Assembly: GCA_045536625.1 (NCBI GenBank)
Contig: JAZSNY010000018.1
Location: forward strand, 1-61,414
From: Candidatus Enterousia sp.
GTDB lineage: Bacteria; Pseudomonadota; Alphaproteobacteria; Rs-D84
Direction: 5' to 3'
Length of the DNA: 61,414 nt
Shown: positions 55,540 through 61,414 of the stretch, piece by piece
Position numbering within the stretch: the stretch's first letter is position 1
Layout of the letters: the number at the start of each line of letters is the position of its first letter
Made by a program: the position numbers and the translations under genes
The notes under the pieces: generated by a model
What the model was told of the DNA's origin: nothing
Databases searched by the model: none
Seen by the model: the letters and a program-made list of their open reading frames with translations, nothing else

Positions 55540-55962
55540 ATGGATGTCATGAAAAAAATATTTGCTTTGATGGCTGTATTATTTTCGGTTGTTGCATGCG
55601 GCGGAATGATAAAAAATGAAAATGGGAGTCAATATTTAGTGCAATTGGATGCAGAACCGATTGGTTGTACCTTCTTGTACAAAATAGAGTCCGAAGTTTC
55701 GGTTTATGATACCGATGATGCCCGCAGGTATTTGGAAAACAGAATTGTTGATCAGGCACGTAATGGTAATGCATATTGGATTACAAGCCAGCGTACAAAA
55801 CCAAACGAGTGGGTAATCTTTGGGCCGGAACGTGCGTTTGTTTTGGTGGCAAATGTTTATGACTGTCCACATCCGAACAGTGTCCGTACCGCGCGTGGTG
55901 GAGGAACGGTTACTTATTCCCCGGTGGAAGGAACATCTTGTATATATGGAACATGTCAATAA
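55540..55962 (+). CDS. Small lipoprotein (possibly DUF4156-like)
   Basis: Lipobox FSVVAC. 140 aa, cysteine-containing. No firm family assignment. Confidence 0.45.
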   Translation: MDVMKKIFALMAVLFSVVACGGMIKNENGSQYLVQLDAEPIGCTFLYKIESEVSVYDTDDARRYLENRIVDQARNGNAYWITSQRTKPNEWVIFGPERAFVLVANVYDCPHPNSVRTARGGGTVTYSPVEGTSCIYGTCQ

Positions 55963-55965
55963 ATT

Positions 55966-55991
55966 AACCCCGTCACAGTGACGGGGTTTTT
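55966..55991 (+). terminator. Intrinsic terminator
   Basis: CCCCGTC-acag-GACGGGG followed by TTTTT. Confidence 0.7.
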
Positions 55992-56077
55992 ATGTGTTTA
56001 TCGCGTGTTTAATTCGTTTGCCTTGGTCACGGATTTTATGTTATAATTACAAAAGTACGTACGAGAGAGAGTTTTTA

Positions 56078-57340
56078 TTGGCCAATAGAGTAATTCATAT
56101 TAATAAAAAAAAGTATGCCGTTGGTGTGTTTTGGCAACCAATGGGTGTTGAACAGGGTGCACGAAATTATGCACGAAGTCTGGCGCGCAGTGTTGATAAG
56201 AAACTAAATTTGTATACCGAATATAGGTCTATGGTTGGTTTGGCAGCCCGTAAAGATGGTGCGCGTGTGGGAATGCAGTGTGCCGCTGCAGAAGTTATGG
56301 AAAGTTTTTCCGAATATACATCTTTTTTGGCTGTTTTTGTTGTTCCAAATGGTTTCTATATGGTGGCCGCTAGAAATGGTGTGATTTTGGTCGATAGGCT
56401 TTTTGATTCAGAACAAGATGCCCGAAATGAATATGTGAAATTATCTGAAATTCCAGATTGGGGGGCCTTCTTTGCGCCGGGGGTATGGGGAATGCCACGG
56501 GCCGCAGAAAGAAATTTAGCGGATTTATTAAATGGTCAATCGCGTGCGGTTCTGCATACTATCAGTCGTATGGGATCACGTATGGTTTCGGTGATTATTT
56601 TTGGGATATTTGTTTTGGGGATGGCGTTTGTTTTTCGTGATTCTATTGTCCAGACTTTGGCACCGCGGCCCCAGGTTGCAGAGCTGAATCCAGAATTAGT
56701 TGCAGAATATAAAAGACAGATTGAAGAAAAAGCAAAGGAATTAGATGAGCAGTTTGAAATTGAAAAGACTTTGCCACCGGAACCAATTGTTATGCCATAT
56801 GAATTGTTGCCGGATATGATGGCACGTGCATCGCAATGCTATCAGGCAATTGCATTTGTTATGCAGCCGATTTCGGGTTGGAATCAGGTAAATGCTGTTT
56901 GTGGCGAGGCGCATGCCATTGCGGAATTTAAACGTGACTTTGGTACCTTGGAAGAGTTTTATAATATTGCAACAAATTTAATGCCGGGTGCATTTGTTAG
57001 CGAAGTGGATGAAGATACCATTCGGATTCAGGTTACTTTGCCGCAATTAGAAACTGTTTCCAGTCAAGATGAGCGTGATGCAGATACTATTGTACGTGAT
57101 GTTACATCAGTATTCCAAGCGATTGATACGCCAATTGATTCAGAAATTGTGGTTGATACATTAACAAATGGTGTTGATGTTAAATCCGTTAATGTGGTAG
57201 AGGTGGCGGTGCGTTCAAAATTGATACCACAACAATTTATGGAAATCTTTCAAGATTTTGGTGGTGTTTATTTAATGCAGGCGGCATGGGACGTGCGTAC
57301 ACGTTCGTGGAACTATGAGGTGTTAATCTATGCAAAATAA
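56078..57340 (+). CDS. Type IVb pilus assembly protein, PilO2 (R64 PilO)-like bitopic protein
   Basis: N-terminal KKKYAVGVFWQPMG, one central TM segment (MVSVIIFGIFVLGMAFVF), then a coiled coil and a periplasmic domain. First gene of a four-gene overlapping operon. TTG start proposed (GAGAGAGAG 8 nt upstream); the ORF track begins at 55994. Confidence 0.45.
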   Translation: MANRVIHINKKKYAVGVFWQPMGVEQGARNYARSLARSVDKKLNLYTEYRSMVGLAARKDGARVGMQCAAAEVMESFSEYTSFLAVFVVPNGFYMVAARNGVILVDRLFDSEQDARNEYVKLSEIPDWGAFFAPGVWGMPRAAERNLADLLNGQSRAVLHTISRMGSRMVSVIIFGIFVLGMAFVFRDSIVQTLAPRPQVAELNPELVAEYKRQIEEKAKELDEQFEIEKTLPPEPIVMPYELLPDMMARASQCYQAIAFVMQPISGWNQVNAVCGEAHAIAEFKRDFGTLEEFYNIATNLMPGAFVSEVDEDTIRIQVTLPQLETVSSQDERDADTIVRDVTSVFQAIDTPIDSEIVVDTLTNGVDVKSVNVVEVAVRSKLIPQQFMEIFQDFGGVYLMQAAWDVRTRSWNYEVLIYAK

Positions 57341-58025
57341 GAAAAAAATATTTGGTTTTGTTTTTTGTGGGGTATTTTTGTTTGCAAGTGCGGCGTGTGC
57401 GGCGGACGTGTTTATAGAAGAAGAAATAATAGAAGAGGGGGATGTTGAACAATTGTCCGCAGATGCCGTTGCAGAATATAATCCGATGGGGTCTTTGTTT
57501 CAACAGATAACCGACCTGGAACAGGAAAAGGTTTTAATGCAATTGGAAAAAGAACGCGCGCAATTAGACCTGGAATTGGACAGATTGGCCGCAGAAAAAA
57601 TTAAACTGCATATGGAAATAGATACTTTGTCCGGACGGGCCGAACAGCAACAACAGGAAATAGAAACCCAAAAGGCCAAGTTAGAGGCCGAGGCCGCACG
57701 TATTGAGCGTGAAAAGGAATCTTGGTTAAAAGAAATTGAACAGGCCGATGCAAAAGAATCAAAATCTGTGGCGGGGTCAACGACCGTGGTTCGCGAAGAA
57801 AAAGACATGGATGTTTCAAAAAATTGGAGATTGGTTAATGTGGTTGGGGCCGGTGCACAATTACAGGCAACGGTTGAAGATTTAAATAATGGACAAAAAC
57901 GTCGTATAAATGTTGGCAAGGAATTAGATGGTTTAACCGTGAAATCCATATCGTTGTATGATGGGGTGGTGTTGGTTGATAAAGATGGTAATACCCAGGT
58001 GTTAAATGTTAGTGGTGGAAAATAA
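57330..58025 (+). CDS. Type IVb pilus PilP-like protein
   Basis: Signal/anchor, a long Q/E-rich coiled coil, and a C-terminal WRLVNVVGAGAQLQATVEDLNNGQKRRINVGKELDGLTVKSI... beta domain like R64-type PilP. Confidence 0.45.
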   Translation: MQNKKKIFGFVFCGVFLFASAACAADVFIEEEIIEEGDVEQLSADAVAEYNPMGSLFQQITDLEQEKVLMQLEKERAQLDLELDRLAAEKIKLHMEIDTLSGRAEQQQQEIETQKAKLEAEAARIEREKESWLKEIEQADAKESKSVAGSTTVVREEKDMDVSKNWRLVNVVGAGAQLQATVEDLNNGQKRRINVGKELDGLTVKSISLYDGVVLVDKDGNTQVLNVSGGK

Positions 58026-58030
58026 TTAAT

Positions 58031-59665
58031 ATGGCAAAGGAAAAAGAAATCTTGGGTGGTGAAAATATTGCGGATATGCCGTCTGTGCCGGCGGGGCTAG
58101 AGGCAGCAGATTCCAAAGATATTATAGATTTTTTGTTCGAAAACGGTAACAGGCTGTTGACCGCAACGGGTGCGATATTGGAATTGCCACATGATACCCA
58201 GGGTTTGGTTGCCTATTTTACAGGTGGTGAAATTATTATTTCGCGTACGCATCAATATGATGGGCGCGTGTTGGCCTTTGTTGATTTATTGAAACGCCGT
58301 GGCAGAAAAATGCGTAGACCCTTTTATTCTGATTTGGGGTTGATTTCAAATATTTATAAATCATATGAAATGCGTTTGGGTGGTGCGGGGCGTGGTCGTG
58401 TGGATTTTGATAACCAAATGCAAAAGGATTTTGTTGATATTATTGCCAAGGCCGCCGCACAAAAGGTGTCTGATGTTCATATCGAAGTTGCAGACCAAAC
58501 AACCATTTTCTTTCGTATTGATGGCAGTATGCAACCCGTTATGGAATATAATTCACAATGGGGGGAATCTTTTGTTCGTGCCGCGTTTGCTTCGTCGGAT
58601 ATGTCCAATGCAAACTATGCGCAAAATGAATATCAGTCTGCACAAAAAGATGGGCGTACGCCTTTGCGTGGGACCAAGGATTTGTATTTGCCGACGGGTG
58701 TGTTGGGTATTCGTATGCAATTTAATCCGATTGCTTTTGGCAGTCGATATGTTGTTATGCGATTGTTGTATGATAACCCGTCCGAAGGATTAAAGACAGA
58801 ACAGGAATTTGGACCATATGAACAAAGGTTGTTGGCGCGTTTGCGTTCTTTTCCGACGGGATTGGTTATTGTTGCGGGACCGACCAGTTCGGGAAAATCG
58901 ACGACATTGGTTCGTAATATGTCCATGATGTTGCGCGAACGTAATTATGAAATAAATATGATTACGGTGGAAAATCCGGTTGAACAAAAAATCTTTGGTG
59001 CGCGGCAAATGCCCGTGGTAAATACAACCAACGAAGAACAGCGTGAAGAAAAATATGTGGAAGCATTGGCGGCGGCGTTAAGAAGTGACCCTGATACACT
59101 GATGGTTGGGGAAATTCGCACATTGGCGGCCGCCGAATTGACGGTGCGTGGGGCGTTGTCGGGACATAATGTGTGGACGACCCTGCATGCGAATTCGGCA
59201 ATGGCGGCATTGACACGTTTGTTGGATTTGGGGGTTGAATCTTTTAAATTAAAAGAAGAAACTTTGATGCGTGGTTTGGTGTCAATGCGTTTGTTTAAAA
59301 AGTTATGTCCGCATTGCCGTGAACAATTGATTAATCATCCGGAACGTGGTGCATACAGACGTGTGATGGATGCATATGGTGAAATTGGCCTGCGTCAGGT
59401 TTATCAACGTGGGGCCGGGTGTGCGCATTGTCATGGTACGGGTAATGTTGGACGTGTCAAGGCCGGTGAAATTATTATCACCAACAGTGAATTTTTGCGG
59501 TTGGCATTGGCGGGCGAAACTGATTCGGCAGTACGGTATTGGATAGAAGAAATGGATGGGCGTACATTGAAAGAGGCGGCCGTATCACTGATGTTACAGG
59601 GGATTATCAGTATTGACGAAGTAGAACGTTGGGTTGGTCAGTTGGATCAACCGGGGGTGTACTGA
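58031..59665 (+). CDS. GspE/PilB-family secretion ATPase (R64 PilQ-type)
   Basis: Walker A GPTSSGKST, Asp box, Walker B LMVGEIR, His box TLHAN, and the tetracysteine CPHC...CAHCHGTG. Confidence 0.9.
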   Translation: MAKEKEILGGENIADMPSVPAGLEAADSKDIIDFLFENGNRLLTATGAILELPHDTQGLVAYFTGGEIIISRTHQYDGRVLAFVDLLKRRGRKMRRPFYSDLGLISNIYKSYEMRLGGAGRGRVDFDNQMQKDFVDIIAKAAAQKVSDVHIEVADQTTIFFRIDGSMQPVMEYNSQWGESFVRAAFASSDMSNANYAQNEYQSAQKDGRTPLRGTKDLYLPTGVLGIRMQFNPIAFGSRYVVMRLLYDNPSEGLKTEQEFGPYEQRLLARLRSFPTGLVIVAGPTSSGKSTTLVRNMSMMLRERNYEINMITVENPVEQKIFGARQMPVVNTTNEEQREEKYVEALAAALRSDPDTLMVGEIRTLAAAELTVRGALSGHNVWTTLHANSAMAALTRLLDLGVESFKLKEETLMRGLVSMRLFKKLCPHCREQLINHPERGAYRRVMDAYGEIGLRQVYQRGAGCAHCHGTGNVGRVKAGEIIITNSEFLRLALAGETDSAVRYWIEEMDGRTLKEAAVSLMLQGIISIDEVERWVGQLDQPGVY

Positions 59666-59666
59666 T

Positions 59667-60737
59667 ATGAAAAAACTGGAACTGTTATATGCCAAGATGA
59701 TGTTCCGTTTGAATACGGAAAAACGTATGGCGATTTGTCGCAAATTGGCATCATTGTTGCGAAATGATTTTACATTGATTGATGCGCTGGAACGTTTGGA
59801 AATGGTTGAATCAAAAAATGGGACCAAGCCAAATGAACCTTTTGCGATTGTAATGCGCCAATGGCAAAAAAATTTGGAACGTGGGATGACCTTTTCCGAG
59901 GCCACACGTGGTTGGGTTCCGCCAAATGAAACCCTGTTGGTGACAAGTGGTAATTTATCCAACCTGGTTGTGGCATTGGAAAATGTTGGGCGCGTGGTCG
60001 ATGGTATGCAACGTATCAGACGCGCGATGACGACGGCCGTGGCATATCCATTGTTTTTGTTGGCGTTGACATTTGGTATTATTATTATGGTGGGAATCTA
60101 TTTGGTGCCACCGTTGGCCGAAGTTGCCGGAAATACCGTTGTGTGGCGTGGAACGGCGCGCAGTTTGGTATGGTTGTCAGATTTTTCAATTCAATATTGG
60201 TATGTGTTTTTGATTGTTTTTGCATCATTGGTTGCGATTATATGGGCCAGTCTTGCAAATTGGAGTGGTCGCCTTCGTGCGGTGTTTGATAGGTTTCCAC
60301 CGTGGAGTACATATAAAATTCAGGTCTCGGTTGGATGGTTGATGAGTTTGGCCGCAATGGTCAGTGCGGGTGTTACCATACCCGATGCAATGCGGATGTT
60401 GGCGGATAATGCAAACAGGTATTTACGAAATATACTGGATCGAACTTTGCGCTTTATTGCAAATGGTGATAACCTGGGGCGTGCGTTGCATAATACGGGA
60501 CGCGGATTCCCGGATGATGAAATTATTGGTGATTTGACAATTTATGCCGATATGAACGGGTTTGATGAAAATTTAACCCAGGTTGCGGCAGACTATTTAA
60601 ATGAATCCGTCCGTAAAATGGAGAAGATTTCAAACACACTGAACAGTTTGGGAATTTTGTTGGTATCCGCAATTATTGCGTGGGTTGTGTTGGGAACGTT
60701 TCAGATGCAGGATCAGATTACAAGTGCATTATCATAG
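59667..60737 (+). CDS. GspF/PilC-family platform protein (R64 PilR-type)
   Basis: 356 aa, two GspF-type repeats with three TM segments. ATG lies 1 nt after the ATPase stop. Confidence 0.85.
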   Translation: MKKLELLYAKMMFRLNTEKRMAICRKLASLLRNDFTLIDALERLEMVESKNGTKPNEPFAIVMRQWQKNLERGMTFSEATRGWVPPNETLLVTSGNLSNLVVALENVGRVVDGMQRIRRAMTTAVAYPLFLLALTFGIIIMVGIYLVPPLAEVAGNTVVWRGTARSLVWLSDFSIQYWYVFLIVFASLVAIIWASLANWSGRLRAVFDRFPPWSTYKIQVSVGWLMSLAAMVSAGVTIPDAMRMLADNANRYLRNILDRTLRFIANGDNLGRALHNTGRGFPDDEIIGDLTIYADMNGFDENLTQVAADYLNESVRKMEKISNTLNSLGILLVSAIIAWVVLGTFQMQDQITSALS

Positions 60738-60879
60738 GCGTTTCATAACTTCTTGTGTTTATTTTAGAGTGTACCTAATAAATAAAGGGTATGTTATGGC
60801 GATAAAAGATCTGCTTTGATGGAAATCGCGTTCATGCAAAAAGTGTAAAAATTGGAAAAAATATCCTGATTACACGGGA

Positions 60880-61085
60880 TGAAAAAGGTGGGGACCTGGT
60901 TAAAACCCAAAAGGGTGATGTTCCCGGAACCCAGGTAATGCGCGTGAAACGCGTGCGAATTTGTTGTAATTGTTTTTATAAAAAATAAGAAATAATAACC
61001 TGGTTCCCGGTGTCAAGCACCGGGATGACAGAAGAAGAAAAACAAACCTGGGGCCCGGGGGCCAAACAAGCTGCGGAATGACAAA
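60880..61085. repeat. Cluster of GC-rich palindromic repeat units (dispersed family)
   Basis: CCTGGTTCCCGGTGtcaagCACCGGGATGACA (60999-61030, perfect 7-bp hairpin), GGGGGCCAAACAAGCTGCGGAATGACA (61057-61084), and degenerate units at 60883-60935. Confidence 0.5.
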
Positions 61086-61124
61086 GCGGAAAAAATCAGC
61101 GGTTGTAAAAATAAACTTTTGAAT

Positions 61125-61153
61125 TTGCGTTTTGGGTTTGTTTTGCGTATAAT
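61125..61153 (+). promoter_or_regulatory. Sigma70-like promoter of RNA copy E
   Basis: TTGCGT (61125-30), 17-nt spacer, TATAAT (61148-53). Confidence 0.5.
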
Positions 61154-61159
61154 GGTCAT

Positions 61160-61304
61160 GCATTGGGAAACCGGTGTGGGGCGTAAGAACCTCTTAACAG
61201 AAAACTCCGACCTTGTTGGTTGGAGGGTTGTGAATATATTGAATAAGCACGCTATTACTGTTAATAGTTCTTAACCTCCAACCGCCTTTTGTGCGGTTTT
61301 TTTG
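61160..61304 (+). ncRNA. Structured leader/sRNA, copy E (ends approximate)
   Basis: CCGGUGUGGGG box; helices UAAGAAC..UUAACAG / CUGUUAA..GUUCUUA and CUCCGACC/GGUUGGAG; 3' CCUCCAACC; terminator AACCGC/GCGGUU + U7. An SD AAGGAGG follows. Confidence 0.55.
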
Positions 61305-61327
61305 TTTAACAAAACAAGGAGGATAAA

Positions 61328-61414
61328 ATGAGCATTGTATTGGTGGACAGCAAATATTTTGGTCAGTATTTAACCCGTGCGCGCAAGACCGTAAATCTGC
61401 GTCGCGTGGATGCG
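61328..61414 (+). CDS. Mini HTH-type protein, 5' part (runs off the right edge)
   Basis: ATG 5 nt after AAGGAGG. MSIVLVDSKYFGQYLTRARKTVNLRRVDA resembles the first helix region of XRE-family proteins. Only 29 codons are visible. Confidence 0.4.
   Translation, partial: MSIVLVDSKYFGQYLTRARKTVNLRRVDA

Noticed and set aside
60738-61124. Prepilin (pilS-like) gene or pseudogene downstream of the platform gene
   Set aside because: Only ORFs of 4-10 codons are present (MAIKDLL*, MEIAFMQKV*). There is no G/xxxxE class III signal, and the stretch is occupied by GC-rich repeat units.

Overview
This 61.4-kb chromosomal window is probably from a moderately AT-rich alphaproteobacterium. The clues are a long alpha-type L36, a type-2 IleS, an isolated virB3-virB4 pair, and an intact mreB/mreCD-mrdA-rodA set, which argues against Rhizobiales. 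Most of it is compact housekeeping sequence: rnpA-yidD, accBC, metG, queH, fabDG, mnmG, ileS, nth, rpsO-truB-mutS, xseB, rlmN, surA-like-lptD-lptF/G, pheST, rplT-rpmI, topA, dnaG, ychF and lpxK-lpxC. There are three tRNAs (Val-GAC, Thr-CGU, initiator Met). Five things stand out. (1) A structured RNA of about 145-175 nt recurs four times at three loci, each copy with its own promoter and terminator. Helices covary between copies, and three copies lie immediately upstream of mini HTH genes. The RNA looks like an attenuator, because a duplicated CUCCAACC box competes for one GGUUGGAGG partner. This is the best candidate for an undescribed system. (2) An 8.6-kb island sits at tRNA-Val, bounded by a 16-nt direct repeat. 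It carries a tyrosine integrase, a serine recombinase, a Slam/DUF560 (type XI secretion) barrel flanked by two surface-lipoprotein candidates, and a small HUH-Y1 endonuclease-like protein. (3) An R64/PAPI-1-style type IVb pilus sub-cluster (PilO2-PilP-ATPase-platform) is present with no pilin, secretin or peptidase nearby. (4) virB3-virB4 is followed by a secreted HExxH protein. (5) There are dispersed GC-rich palindromic repeats, near-identical bidirectional terminators, and a duplicated tRNA-fMet 3' end. All functional calls rest on reading the translations and the DNA by eye. No database searches were run.
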